Assembly (NCBI RefSeq): GCF_006345805.1
Contig: NC_042999.1
Span: forward strand, 150,598,001 to 150,662,000
Origin: Octopus sinensis
Taxonomy: Eukaryota
DNA: 64,000 nucleotides
Reading direction: 5' to 3'
Part shown: positions 13,496 to 27,140 of the stretch, in pieces
Layout of the letters: each line of letters starts with the position of its first letter
How positions within the stretch are numbered: the stretch's first letter is position 1
The notes under the pieces: generated by a model
The model's input: only the letters and a program-made list of their open reading frames with translations
Database searches by the model: none
Told to the model about the DNA's origin: nothing
Translations under genes and position numbers: made by a program

Positions 13496-13990
13496 CAGGG
13501 TAATTCAAAATGAATGGTAGAAAAAGAAAACATACATGTGATTGTTGTAATGAATATATTGCAAAAATACAGAGGTAACCTGAAAGGTTATTTCTTCAAG
13601 TTTCTACTGATAGTCACAGATGTTCAATGTGGGCGGTCTTTGCCATACGGCAGACGTCTACCTACACGACAGTCTAGTTCTTGCCACATCCAGCATAGCC
13701 TTATCAATTAAGTCGATCGCGTAGTCTATCCGCAGCTTTAACTCATGTAAGTTCTATGGAAGCGAGCGTATGAACACCCCCTCTTTCTGACACCCCTGAA
13801 GGAAACAATCGCAAGGCGTTAGGTCGGAGGACGTTGGGGGTGGGGTAGACCATCAGTGAGTGACAAATCATTCTATCTCAGCACGGCCAATCCAGCGTTC
13901 TGGAAGATGCTGGAACGTGTCTATCGCCAACGTTGCTAGGCCCTGTCTTGTTGCATAATAAATTTGGGTACGTCTTTTTCCAAACGGGGC
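13496..13990 (-). mobile_element. Tc1/mariner DD37D-like (maT/rosa-type) transposase 3' fragment with right TIR
   Basis: Minus-strand remnants read LPERWIGR, a (W)PPRSPDLTPCD-like motif and LHELKLRIDYAIDLIDKAML. Ends in ...attaccctg-TA at 13494-13500. Confidence 0.75.
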
Positions 13991-14409
13991 AACAACCAAA
14001 TGGACAACATTGTACCATTCATTTTTCGGGATCGATAAAATAAGTACTAGTTGCGTATTGGGGTCGATTTGCTGACCGTGTGCCAAAATTTGAAATCAAT
14101 ATTTTCACTGAATGAAATAAGCATAAATAGATAAATAAGCCTCATTCTAGTGATGATTCGCTCATTAACTTAAATTGATTTTTAGGTAAGAACATTGTTA
14201 TTAGCAAATAATGAATATATTTTTATAAACATCTTTGCGCAGCTGTCATTATTTAATGATTTTGTTATCAATTTTGTGATGTTTAAAATTTATTTACTTT
14301 TTTAGGCATTGATGTAAATTCCCATGAGCCTTAAGTTGAATAAAATAATGTAAGCCGTGGAAAGTAATGTTATGAACACGATGAGGGTAATATTCTTTTA
14401 TACTCTAGC

Positions 14410-14953
14410 CTCAAACCCCCGAAATTTTGGGGGAGGGAGCCAGTCGATTAGATCAGCCACAGTATGCAACTGGTACTTAATTTATCGACCATAAAAGGAT
14501 GAAAGGCAAAGTCGACCTCGGCAGAATTTGAACTCAGAACGTAAAGACTTTACTATCCACAAGGGGCTAAACACAGAGAGGACAAACAAGGACAGACAAA
14601 CGGATTAAGTCGATTACATCGACCCCAATACGTAACTGGTACTTATTTAATCGACCCCGAAAGGATGAAAGGCAAAGTCGCACTCGGCGGAATTTGAACT
14701 CAGAACGTAGCGGCAGACGAAATACGTATTTCTTTACTACCAAAAAGGGGCTAAACACAGAGGAGACAAACAAGGACCGACAAACAGATTAAGTCGATTA
14801 TATCGATCCCAGTGCGTAACTGGTACTTATTTCATCGACCCCGAAAGGATGAAAGGCAAAGTCGACCTCGGCGGAATTTGAACTCAGAACGTAGCGGCAG
14901 ACGAAATACGGCTACGCATTTCGCCCGGCGTGCTAACATTTCTGTCAGCTCGC
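14410..14953 (-). mobile_element. Stack of three nested SINE family A copies
   Basis: Three successive ggcggaatttgaactcagaacgta blocks with tail-to-body junctions at ~14548 and ~14727. Confidence 0.85.
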
Positions 14954-15439
14954 GGAATGATGATGGTAATATTAACTTAACTGTTGGCCTTGTGCCAAAA
15001 TTTGAAATCAACGTTAACTTAACTTGCACTACGTCAATGGAACAACCTTCTCATGAAATCAACATGCAAATGGCTAGGCACTCCACAAACACACGTACCT
15101 TTAAAATAGCTCTCAGAGAGATTCAGCGTGACACAAAATGTAACAAGGCTGGCCCTTTAAAATACAGGCACTACACACTTTGCCAGCTAAGAAGACTGGA
15201 GCAACGTGAAATAAAAGGTTTTGGTCAAGAACACAATGAGCTACTTAGCCACGCGTCTTCAATGCAGAAATTAATGAGTTCAGGACAAAAGGCTTAATTT
15301 CCAGAGCAGACAAGAAGCAACTTACTGGTGATCTACATTCATTTTCAAGTTACTTGTGGCATATTTTTCATGCCTGCCCTGAATGGAGGCGTGGCTAACA
15401 TGTTTTTGGCTTTAAAATCACTAATATAAATACCAGTAA

Positions 15440-15470
<31 letters not shown>

Positions 15471-15494
15471 ATACATATGCATATTCTCTTATTC

Positions 15495-15920
15495 TTTTAT
15501 TTGTTTCAGTCATTTGACTGCGGCCATGCTAGAGCACCGCCTTTAGTTGAACAAATCAACTCCAGGATTTATTCTTTGTAAGCCTAGTACCTATTCTATC
15601 AGTCTCTTTTGCCAGCTGAGAGGACTGCGGTCATACTGGGGCACCGCCTTGAAGAATTTTATCATCCCCAGTACTCATTTTTTTAAAAAACCAGGTACTT
15701 ATTCTATCGATCTCTTTTTGCCGAACTGCTAAGTTATGGACATATAAAAACACCAACACCGGTTGTCAAGTGGGGTGTGGGTGGGAGCAAACACGCACAC
15801 ACACACACACACACGCGCGCGCGCGCGACGGGCTTTTTGCAGTTTCCGTCAACCAAATCCACTGATGAGGCTTTGGTTGGCCCGAAGATATAGTAGAAGA
15901 CACTTGCCCAAGATACCACA
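15495..15920 (-). mobile_element. SINE family B copy
   Basis: Reverse complement of family B with an internal (CA)n. Confidence 0.75.
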
Positions 15921-16226
15921 CAGATGTTTACCGTATTTTTTTTCATATTAATTAACCTGATTTCATCCATTATATGTATGTGATATATATCTAATTATAA
16001 CATAGTTTATGCGTTGTTTTACGAACATAAGTATCGAAACGAAAATACTATGAAACCAGGCTTTCTTTTCTTTTACTTGCTTTCTTTCATTTATTTCTAT
16101 TTCACTGCAAAACACAATTAAGCTGTTCGTTTAACACCTTGCTGTTCTGTATTGCAGAGAAATTAGGCGAGTGTTGGTTGTAATGCTGCTGAAGGATAAA
16201 AATTTAGGTTACAGCTGAATTTCTCG

Positions 16227-16604
16227 TGGCACTCCGTCGGTTACGACGACGAGGGTTCCAGCTGATCTGATCAACGGAACAGCCTGCTCGTCAAATTAAC
16301 GTGCAAGTGGCTGAGCACTCCACAGACACGTGTACCCTTAATGCAATTCTTAGGGAGATTCAGCGTGACAGAATGTGACAAGGCGGGGGCCATTGAAATA
16401 CAGGTACAACAGAAACAGGAAGAAAGAGTGAAAGAAAGTTGTGGTGAAAGAATACAGCAGGGGTGGCCACCACCCCTTGCCGGAACATCGTGGATCTTTA
16501 GGTGTTTTCGCTCAATAAACACTCACAACGCCCAGTCTGGGAATCGAAACCGCGAGCCTACGACCGCAAGTCCGCTGCCCTAACCACTGGGCCATTGCAC
16601 CACC
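16227..16604 (-). mobile_element. SINE family C, full length with 12-bp TSD
   Basis: tRNA-like head at 16604 and tail ...ccctcgtcgtcgtaaccgacggagtgcca. TSD acagctgaattt at 16211-16222 and 16607-16618. Confidence 0.9.
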
Positions 16605-17794
16605 ACACAGCTGAATTTAGAGAATAGATGTAGAGAAAGTTGGGTAAGATGAAAAAATTAGATGAAAGAAAATCTGTAAAATGTCTGAGAAAAGATTAAG
16701 CTATTTGTAAGTAAAGAAGAGGATGACATCACAGTAGAAAGATTGCCTATCAGTTGATACAGTCTTTCACTTTGTTCTTGCGTCTTATAGTTTTTAACTC
16801 TTTGTTCTGCTTGTCGTTCATCAGTGGTGAGTGAAACACCTTATTCAATAAACAGCATTCCTGTCATCCCCTTGTTCAATAGCAAAACTCCTTTTATCTT
16901 TTTGGAATAAAATTTGAAGGAGTTTTGGGCAGGGTGAACGACTGCATGAAGAGATAAGAATAGCATAATTGGAACAACAGATGTTTTGGTTGTGCCTTTG
17001 TCGTTGAGTCGATATCTGTGTCAATGATCCGCTCGGCTTGAGCTGAAATGGAGATAAACAATAACATTGACCACAACTACATAACAATTCCTTTTTTATT
17101 CGTCTCTGTCTTCCATAATGTGTTAATGTCTTATTTCTTAATCTAAGACATGAGCATAAAATTTTCATATAGTTGCTGAAAAATAAGTGAAGTTAAGCCA
17201 TTCCTGGGTCCCACAGAGTTCTCTGAGTGGTGAAAAATTTTGATTTGGGGAGCGTAAAGTAAACGATAGACTTATATTTCTTCTTCTTCTTCTTCTTCTT
17301 CTTCTTCTTCTTCTTCTTCTTCTCGAGTCCACTGGTTGGGGACGAAAGAATCGGTGAAAACAGGGACTGTTATGTGAACGCCCATTTTCTTGAATCCAGG
17401 AAAGACTAATTCTTCCTCTAACCGAATGCCAGTTTGTCACAGACTCTCATCACGGCAAGCAAAAGAAACACTCGTTTATGCTGCAGTGCTGCCACTGATT
17501 ACAATGGTGAACTATGTTACACTATCTTACCTATTTGTAACGCAAAGGTGATTAGGGCATTCGGCTCGCTATCGTGAGTTCGGTTCCTGGACCGGGCAGT
17601 ACGTTGTGTTTATCAACAAAAAAAGACCAATAGAATAAAATATTAGGCTTCAAAAATAATACGTACTGGGATCGATTCATTCGACTAAAAAATTCTTCAA
17701 GGTAGTGCCCCAGCCTGGCCGCAGTCTAATCACTAAATCAAGTAAAAGATAAAAGGAAGATACTAAGCCGAAGATTATGTCTGAAAACACGTTA

Positions 17795-18170
17795 AGCTGA
17801 CGAGCTGGCAGAAACGTTAGCACGCCGGGCGAGATGCTTAGCGGTATTTCGTCTGTCGTTACGTTCTGAGTCCAAATTCTGTCGAGGTCGACTTTGCTTT
17901 TCATCCTTTCGGGGTCGATTAAATAAGCACCAGTTACGCACTGGGGTCGATATAATCGACTTAATCCGTTTGTCTGTCCTTGTTTGTCCTCTCTGTGTTT
18001 AGCCCCTTGTGGGTAGTAAAGAAATAGGTATTTCGTCTGCCGTTACGTTCTGAGTTCAAATTCCGCCGAGGTCGACTTTGTCTTTCAACCTCTCGGGGTC
18101 GATGAAATAAGTACCAGTTACGCACTGGGCCGATATAATCGACTGGTTCCCTCCCCTAAAAATTTCGTGT
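17795..18170 (+). mobile_element. SINE family A, dimer or nested pair
   Basis: A full copy whose tail aaagaaatag abuts gtatttcgtctgcc of a second body at ~18027. Confidence 0.85.
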
Positions 18171-18224
18171 ATTGAGTAGAAAAGAAGTTTGAGAACAAGT
18201 AGTTGTATAATGGTTTCAAATTTT

Positions 18225-18440
18225 GGCACAAGGCCAGCAATCTCGGGTGTGGGTATGGAGTGGGAGTGGAAGGTAAATCGATTACATCAATCTCGGTGCT
18301 CAACTGGTATTTATTTTATCGACCCTAAATGGATGAAACACAAAGCCCACCTCTGCGGAATATGAACTCAGAACGTAAGTACGGACGAAATGCCACTAAG
18401 TATTTTAACCGGCGTGCTAACGATTTGGCCAGCTCACTGC
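18225..18440 (-). mobile_element. SINE family A copy (diverged)
   Basis: Reverse-complement match to family A. Confidence 0.7.
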
Positions 18441-18769
18441 CTTACGTAGTTATATAATAAACATTTCCTTATAGTCGTTGCCATTCTCTTCTGTTGCCTA
18501 TTTTAATTTAAAATATTTATCAATACTTCAAATTTGTATTTCAACAGAGAATGCCACGAACGGCCATATAACGTTAAAGTGACAGGCGAAAAGCGGAAAT
18601 GCCCGGAAGTTTTGTATATTCTTGTTTTCACAGCTAAGACACCTATCTTTCAACACTTTCAAACCACCCAGTTGATCCCTGAGGATCCCTTTGGTTCCTA
18701 TTTTATTCTACTGGACCCCTATATTAAAAAAAATGTCCTGTTATATTTTTGTAATTGAATTTTTTTTTC

Positions 18770-18975
18770 TACTCTAAGAACAAGGCCCGAAATTTTGGAG
18801 GAGGGTTCCAGTCGATTAGATCGACCCAGTACGCAACTGGTACTTAATTTATCAGTCCCGAAAGGATGAAAGACAAAGTCGAGCTCAGCGGAATTTGAAT
18901 TCAGAACGTAAAGACTGACGAAATACCTCTGAGCATTTCGCCCGGCGTGCTAACGATTCTGCCAGCTCGCCGCCC
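18770..18975 (-). mobile_element. SINE family A copy
   Basis: Reverse-complement match; head gggcggcgagctggcagaatcgttagc. Confidence 0.8.
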
Positions 18976-19102
18976 TTTTATAATTGGATATTATTAGGAA
19001 TTGTATAAAAAAATTGTTACAATATTGTTATATTTCGGGATGGTCATTTTTCTTGCCAAATATATACACACATATATACACATTTATATATATATATATA
19101 TA

Positions 19103-19462
19103 CGAAAGAAGGTTTGAAAATGCAATTTTAAAAGATGTTTATTTACTTTACCGGTTTCACTCTAGAAAAAGATTGTCAAAAGTAACATGTAACATGAACA
19201 TTTTAATAATTCCTTCTGGAAACTATCTTTAACATTTTCTTGAGAATGTATATTGACGTTGGAATCTTTTGTGCCCAATATTTTCATGAACTTGTTAAAC
19301 TTTTTTATGTCCTTAACATGTCCTTGTTACCAGCATTTTGTGACAACCAATAATTAACACAACCAAACTTTTACATGTTACTTTTGACAATATTTTTCTA
19401 AAGAGTGAAACCGGTAAAGTAAATAAACATCTTTTAAAGTTGCATTTTCAAACCTTCTTTCG
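19103..19462. mobile_element. Tc1/mariner-type MITE, 360 bp, ~89-bp TIRs, TA flanks
   Basis: cgaaagaaggtttgaaaatgcaa...aagtaacatgtaa is mirrored at 19371-19462, with TA on both sides. Confidence 0.85.
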
Positions 19463-19501
19463 TATATAATTCCACTCGTGATGTACCTTACAACTCCACT
19501 T

Positions 19502-19545
<44 letters not shown>

Positions 19546-19926
19546 AAAACGAAGTCTTATGTGAATTACAGGGTTTGTCATGCCCGGAGTCCAACTTTGA
19601 TAGAAATAAGCATTCTTGACTGCTATTTCTATTTTTCGGTATGCGGTCAAGCAACCTGTTTGCCTGTCCCTTTTTCTTATATACAATATATATACTGAAC
19701 TTTACAGAAGTTCCTGCCGGTAATCGGCTATATTTACATACCGAATTCTACCAGTAAATAATTGGGGTTTTTTAAAAGCCTTTATAGAAATTATTTACTC
19801 TTATTATTATATATATATATATATATTATATATATATATATATATATATGAACGAAAAAGGCGTTCAGAATGCTTGATGGTTGTAAAAAAATATATATTT
19901 ATTTACATATCACATATTTTTCTTCA

Positions 19927-19970
19927 TTTTTTTAGCGCTTTCAACTACTCTTGTAGTCTCATCAGATTTC
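19927..19970 (-). ncRNA. Minimal hammerhead core inside a 170-bp inverted-repeat element
   Basis: CTGATGA-gactac-aaga-gtagtt-GAAA-gcgc-TA, with palindromic AGCGCT helix III. Helix I is essentially absent (1 bp). Confidence 0.55.
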
Positions 19971-20101
19971 TGGGTTTTTTACAACCATCAAGGATTCTGA
20001 ACGCCTTCTTCTTTCATATGTATTAAATCTGTACATCACCCCCAATACTTCTAACACACACACACACACACAACCACACACACACACACCACACACACAC
20101 A

Positions 20102-20142
<41 letters not shown>

Positions 20143-20465
20143 GTTGTGTAAGATATACGTTAGAGGTAATGTAACCCTCTAACGGATAGATGTATCCATA
20201 GTCACTCCTGGTGTATTATCTCAGTTTGTATGGTCCTTGTTATGAGGTGTACGGTAGTAGGTAATTTAAAAGTAAAACCGTGGTTTAATATATAGAGATA
20301 CGATAAGAAATGGAGCAATAGTTACAGCAGTAAACATACTCTCATCTTAATTAGATAATGACTTTCAAACACCAATGATTCACTTCTCATTGTTAAGCTT
20401 TGCTCCATTTCTTATTGTCTCTATACAGACAGACAGACAGACAGACAGACACAGACACACACACA

Positions 20466-20489
<24 letters not shown>

Positions 20490-20513
<24 letters not shown>

Positions 20514-20875
20514 CGTGACTGTGTGATAAAAAGCATGCTTCCCAACCACATGGTTCTGGGTTCAGTCCCTCTGTGTGGTAACTTGGGCAAGTGTCTTCTA
20601 CTATAACCTCGGGCTGACCAAAGCCTTGTGAGTGGATTTTGGTCGACGGAAACTGAAAGAAGCCTGTCGCATATATATATATATGTGTTGTGTGTTTGTG
20701 TTTGTGTATGTGTGTGTGTTTGTGCTTGTGTAAGTGTGTGTGTGTTTGTGTTTGTCCCTCCCATCATCGCCTGACAACCGATGCTGGTGTGTTTACGTCC
20801 CCGTAACTTGTTCGACTAAATGCGGTGCTCCAGCATGGTTGCAGTTAAATGACTGAAGCAAGTAAAAGAATAAAA
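20490..20875 (+). mobile_element. SINE family B copy
   Basis: gggttcagtccc...aacttgggcaagtgtcttctactataacc...gcggtgctccagcatgg. Confidence 0.75.
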
Positions 20876-20905
20876 GAATATATATATATATGTGTGTGTG
20901 TGTGT

Positions 20906-20937
<32 letters not shown>

Positions 20938-21369
20938 TATGTGTCTGAATATCTACACACACGCGTACACACACATGTGCTTACGCATACACACGAACAT
21001 ACATACATCGGCAGGAGGAAAACAAGACAGAGGTAGGTAGACAGATGTTAAATTAAGACTTTCTGACGAGTTATTTCCTGGTTATAAATACTATGGCAAA
21101 TGTCTATGGTTGTATTGGAGGAAGACTGTTAAGTGTTTACATGTGGCGCTGGTGTTGGCGGGGAAAGTGTTTGTATTAGAGGCCAAGATATATATCTCGC
21201 TCAGCTCAACGTATATGAAACTGGTTTATAAAACATCTGTTTTTATCTGGTCAATTCACATCAGTTTTACGTCATGACGTGTTAAGCAAACCGGCACACT
21301 TTTACATGTGAATGCACGTGTCTCTTTCTTTGGGAGTTGTGTGTGTGTGCGTGTGTGTGTATGTGTGTG

Positions 21370-21420
<51 letters not shown>

Positions 21421-21526
21421 CGGAAGGAAAGAGAAAAAGCGAGAGAGAAATAATCATGTTTGTATGCATATATGTATACGTATATGTATGCATGTATGTA
21501 TTAATGTATGTATATAAATATGTATG

Positions 21527-21579
<53 letters not shown>

Positions 21580-21737
21580 ATATATATATATATATACATA
21601 CATGCATGTATATACACAATATATGTCGCTCCATGTACATAGCTAAATGCATTCATTTGTACATTCATACACATTCAAGCATACAAACAGACATTTATAC
21701 AAACACACACGCGTACACACATATACATACAAGCACA

Positions 21738-21788
<51 letters not shown>

Positions 21789-22978
21789 ACACAAACAACT
21801 CACACACACACACACACACACACACACCACACACACACACATTGTGTTGGTGTATAATTATTGCGGCTTTTATTCAACAAAAACAATAACAATATTTAAG
21901 AAAAACATCTATAAATGATAGTCTGGCCGTCTGCCAAGCAAATGGGAAGCAGTAATTGAAGTAGATGGTGAATATGCTCCGGAATAATCATTTAAAGATG
22001 TTTTTGTTACATGTTGTTATTGCTTTTGTTGAATAAAATTTGTCGAAAAAAAAAAAGGCGGCAATAATTATGCACCAACTCAATACATACATATAGTTAC
22101 ACGCATATAGTTATACGCTGACATAAATCATGTATATTATATAATTCATTATATGTTATACATACGTAAACCACCTACAAATATTATTATTCATACAAGC
22201 ATAAGCGTATACATACCCATTCATAGTTATTTTCAAAAAAAAGTTACACTCCTATACAAATACACCTCTACACTCACATTTGTTAATATAATCTATTACG
22301 TAATTACCAGTACACATATATATTTGATACTAGCTCAAAAGCCGCACTCAGCGCGGGCTTTTAAGCTAGCTCATGCAGAGGGCTAATTATGCCTGCGGCC
22401 CGAAACTAAAGACGGGTAAATAACATGACTATAATACATCTATAATGACAAATGCTCCGGTGGTGTTTGGTCGAAGGTTAAGGACTCTTGTGAATTAATT
22501 CTGTAATGCTATCATTCTATTGTTCCAGTCCCAAGTTGAATTCCAATTGTTGGCCAATTCGTCTCTCTTCAAAATTCTTATCTCGACGTAAAATTAAAGA
22601 AGCAAATATCATTTATCTCCCCCTTGATCCCTGACGTCATCTAACAAGTGCCGACCAAAATGGCGTGAATCAGCCAAGCTTTACCTACTAGAAATAATAA
22701 CCCAAATGCCTTTCAGTCAGATCCCAATGCTGGATGTTCAAGAACCAAATGAAGGGCAGATTTTCAATCCCGGGATCATTCTGATTCCAGAAAGGTATAA
22801 CACGTCTATGTAGATAAATGTAGACAGAGATACAGGGGTCTGGACAGACAGAATTTCGCTTTTACAATTATAGATATGAAATATACAAGACATCTTGATA
22901 CATACATGTGTGTGTGTGTGTGTGTGTGCGTGCATGTGTGTGTGGTGTGTGTGTGTGTGTGTGTGTGTGTGTTGCGTG

Positions 22979-23022
<44 letters not shown>

Positions 23023-23310
23023 TGTACACAAGCTTGGTCCAGCTATTTCTTATGGAAAGCGGTAGTTGTTGCAGCAATCATGGACAACCTGCTAGCTTTA
23101 GTGCAGAAAGCGTTATGGCTGCGCAGAGGATTCAGCAGTAGGCAGGAATAAGAAGTTCACTCAACAGGGACACATGTGGATGTGAATGTGGGCATGGTGT
23201 ACCATATTACAGGGAGTGAGTGACCCCTAGTCCTGGTGAGGACATCACAATAGGAAAAGGAAAACTTTGATATAAATCCTGCGACTCGTTGTCAGCCAAT
23301 GATGTCGACG

Positions 23311-23610
23311 AGAGGTCCTCAAACTTTTTGGGCCACCTCCCCACTCATGGCCACATAATACACTCAGCGCCCCATCCCTATTTTTATGTATAAATAAGTG
23401 TTTTATATTTTACTAATTTATATATGCTATGAATCATTTGATATTTAATATAATATTATATAATTTGTATAAAATACTATAATAATATGATAGATTCATA
23501 GCAACCCCCAATTCACTGCCTTTCTCCCAACGCCTCCCTCACCTTAGGCACCAGCGCCCACCTAGACCGTCTCAATGCCCACCGGGGGGGGGGGCACTTC
23601 GAGAACCTGT
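23311..23610. mobile_element. Degenerate hAT MITE
   Basis: Ends agaggtcctcaaactttt / acttcgagaacctgt resemble the hAT TIRs at 9892 and 11629. Confidence 0.45.
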
Positions 23611-23984
23611 AATGTTGACTAATTCTTCGTTTGGGAGCTGTCATCTTTGTTCATAGAGTCGGATTAGGTTCTCCTCACTTTAAAACCACATAACGTACCG
23701 GCTTCGTCATCTAATAATTGAGAACAAAGAAGCATCCATTATATATGCATGCATGTATGTATGTATGTATGTATGTATGTATGTATGCATGTATGTATGT
23801 ATGTATGCATGCATGCATGTTTCGTTTGCTGTTAGGTTTTGAGTTCGAATTCCGCCGAGGTCGACTTTGCAGCCATTATGTATTTATGTACGTATGTATG
23901 TATGCGTGTATGTGTGTGTATGTCATCTTTTATCGTTGTAATTTCCTTTACCATGGAAAAAAATAGGCATTAGGTCAAATGAAA

Positions 23985-24400
23985 GTATGGAGCTGAAACC
24001 TGAACAATCTATAAAGCTTAAGTAGACAAGTTACATGCAGATATGGATGAGACACTACAACGAGTCATGAATATCATTCTCTTTGAGAAGATCAGGAATG
24101 AAGAGATCCTTACGGTACGCTGGCTTGCTTCCTATGATGGAAGTACTCATTGATTGAAATTTACGTTGGTTGGGCCACGCACACAGAGCGGACAATTGCA
24201 GACTCCCCAGACAAATCTTTTACGCCCGAGTATACTGAGGGTAAAGAAACCAGGGAAGGCCTAGGCTGATATTTAAAGATACTGCAAAAAGGAACATTGG
24301 ATTGGAAAGGAACTGATCATAATAAATGGCAGACTCAAGCGAAAAACCGACCAGTATGGAGAAAGCTTATCAATGCATGCCAAAGCCATGAACGTAGTCG
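23985..24400 (+). mobile_element. RTE-clade LINE, 3' fragment (disrupted)
   Basis: Translates to EKIRNEEIL...RWLGHAHRADNCRLPRQIFY...GRPRLIFKDTAKRN...WQTQA, the typical RTE/BovB C-terminal region, with stops and frameshifts. Confidence 0.8.
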
Positions 24401-24425
24401 CGACCACTGACTGTAAATAATAATG

Positions 24426-25360
24426 TGTGTATGTATGTATGTATGTATGTATGTATGTATGTATGTATGTATGTATGTACGTATGTACGTATGTATGTAG
24501 GTTGTATTATGTATGTATGTATGTATGTATGTACGTATGTACGTATGTATGTATGTATGTATGTATGTATGTTGTATGTCGTATGTACGTATGTAGTATG
24601 TATGTATGTATGTATGTATGTATGTATGTATGTATGTATGCATGAATGTCTGTCTGTATGTATGTAGTGTATGTATGTATGTATGTATGCATGAATGTAT
24701 GTATGTTGTATGTATGTATGTATGTATGTATGTATGTATTATGTATGTACGTTATGTATGTATTGTCTATATGTATGTATGTATGTATGTATGTTGTTTG
24801 TATGTACGTATGTACGTAGGTTGTTTATGTATGTATTAGTGGTTGCATGTATGATGTATTTGAGTATGTATGTTGTGTATTGAGCATGATTTATTTTCAC
24901 GTTGCTATGTAGGTATATGTATGTATTTGTCATTGTATCTGTTTCACGTCTGATATCCCTGATGTATGGTACTAGTCTGGATGTATTGCATTTAATGTCA
25001 TGATGTTCTGATCGTATGGGAGTCGTGTAGGCATGTTTAATGTATGTATGTATGTATGTATTTCTGTAGTATGTATGTATGTATGTATGTATGTATGTAT
25101 GTTTGCATGTATGTACGTATGTACGTATGTACGTGTATGTATGTATGTATGTATTTATGTATGCATGTATGTCTGTATGTCTGTATGTATGTATGTATGC
25201 ATTATGTATGTATGATGTATGTATGTATGTATGTATGTATGTATGTCTGTTTGCATTATGTACGTATGTACGTATGTATGTATGCATGTATGTATTTAGG
25301 TATGTATGTATGTATGTATAGTTGCATGTATGTAGTAGGTACGTATGTATGTATTTATGC

Positions 25361-25391
<31 letters not shown>

Positions 25392-25635
25392 TGTATGTAT
25401 GTATGTATGTATGTTTCATGTATGTACGTATGTACGTATGTATGTATGCATGTAATTATGTATGTATGTATGTTGTAGTGTATGTATGTATGTATGCATG
25501 TATGTAACGTATGACGTATGTATTTGCATGTATGTATTTATGTATGTATGTATGTATGTTTGTATGTATGCATGCATGTATGTATGTATGTATGTATGTA
25601 TGTATTTATGCATGTATGTATGTATGTATATACAC
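24426..25635. repeat. Large degenerate (ATGT)n microsatellite field with a short unique interruption (~24880-25035)
   Basis: Read directly from the sequence. Confidence 0.95.
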
Positions 25636-25947
25636 ACACACGCGTACTTCCTTGGTTATCCTGAACGGATATATTTCATATATCATTACAATTTTCAATG
25701 CTTCAATAAAAACATCAAGCCGTCAGCGTCATGTCATCTAGATAACCGTCTGTTAATTTATATTAAAATCTACTTACACCGTAATTCCTATTACTAATGG
25801 CCAAACTATTCGGATTATGCAAATCTTATGATGTCAGTAGTAATTCATTCTTTACTCTCTCTGTTACTGTTTCCTTACAATGTCTTTCTTCTCACTTCTC
25901 TATTTTCCAGAAATCTCTAAAATAAAATCCTTAAAAATAAATAAATA

Positions 25948-26118
25948 GGCGTAGGAGTGGCTGTGTGGTAAGTAGCTTGCTAACCAACTACATGGTTCCG
26001 GGTTCAGTCCCACTGCGTGGCATCTTGGGCAAGTGTCTTCTGCTATAGCCCCGGGCCGACCAATGCCTTGTGAGTGGATTTGGTAGACGGAAACTGAAAG
26101 AAGCCTGTCGTATATATG

Positions 26119-26153
<35 letters not shown>

Positions 26154-26345
26154 TTGTGTTTGTCCCCCTAGCATTGTTTGACAACCGATGCTGGTGTGTT
26201 TACGTCCCCGTAACTTAGCGGTTCGGCAAAAGAGACCGATAGAATAAGTACTGGGCTTACAAAGAATAAGTCCCGGGGTCGATTTGCTCGACTAAAGGCG
26301 GTGCTCCAGCATGGCCGCAGTCAAATGACTGAAACAAGTAAAAAG
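25948..26345 (+). mobile_element. SINE family B, full length with internal (TA)n/(TG)n
   Basis: tRNA-like A and B boxes, CORE-like catcttgggcaagtgtcttctgctatagcc, central microsatellite and tail gactgaaacaagtaaaa. Confidence 0.9.
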
Positions 26346-26684
26346 AAAAAAAAAAGAAAAAGGAAGAAAAGCAACAAAAATGTCTTTCATTTCCAAATTG
26401 TTATAGTTGCAGGCATGGCGGTGTGGTTAACAAGATCGCTTTGCAACCAAGTGGTTTCGAGTTGGGTAAGTGTCTTTTACTATAGCCCCGAACCGACCAA
26501 TATCTTGTGAGTGAACTTCGTAGACAAAACCTGTTTAGGAGTCCTTCGTGTGTGTTACTGTATATGTGTGTGTGTGTGTGTGTGCGTGTGTGTGTATGCA
26601 TGTATGTATGTATGTACGTACGTACGTACGTATGTACGTACGTATGTATGTATGTATATATGTATGTATGTATGTATGTGTGTG

Positions 26685-26784
26685 NNNNNNNNNNNNNNNN
26701 NNNNNNNNNNNNNNNNNNNNNNNNNNNNNNNNNNNNNNNNNNNNNNNNNNNNNNNNNNNNNNNNNNNNNNNNNNNNNNNNNNNN
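26685..26784. other. Assembly gap (100 N)
   Basis: Run of N. Confidence 1.
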
Positions 26785-26865
26785 TGTATATCCCACGTGG
26801 GTGTAATTCGAACGCAGAGAAGACAAATTTAAATACAGTTTTGATTTAAAACCCTATAATGTCGA

Positions 26866-26909
<44 letters not shown>

Positions 26910-27070
26910 TTACTTACGTACATATATGAGTGTGTATAAGCAGCATATTATGTCGAGTTTATGTTCGCAAGATAAGTATCAGCCATAACTCGATGTTTCG
27001 TGTATGTGTGGAGGCAAGTTTCATGTGACAGAGTCAAAAATACTCAATATCACGAATGTAGAGATGATGT

Positions 27071-27107
<37 letters not shown>

Positions 27108-27140
27108 TGTATTAAATTACTGGTTTGTTAATAGTATATC

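Noticed and set aside
15862-15892. CTGATGA-ggc...ggcc-CGAAG, hammerhead-like
   Set aside because: It lies inside a SINE B copy whose consensus is ccactcacaaggctttgg, and lacks GAAA and helices I and III. Chance mutation.
16845-17260. Unique-looking segment with short minus-strand ORFs, possibly an exon
   Set aside because: No recognisable domain, several stops, and no supported splice structure.
17797-17822. CTGACGA-gctggca-GAAAC, hammerhead-like
   Set aside because: It is a mutated SINE A head (ggcggcgagctggcagaaacg) with no helix II or I.
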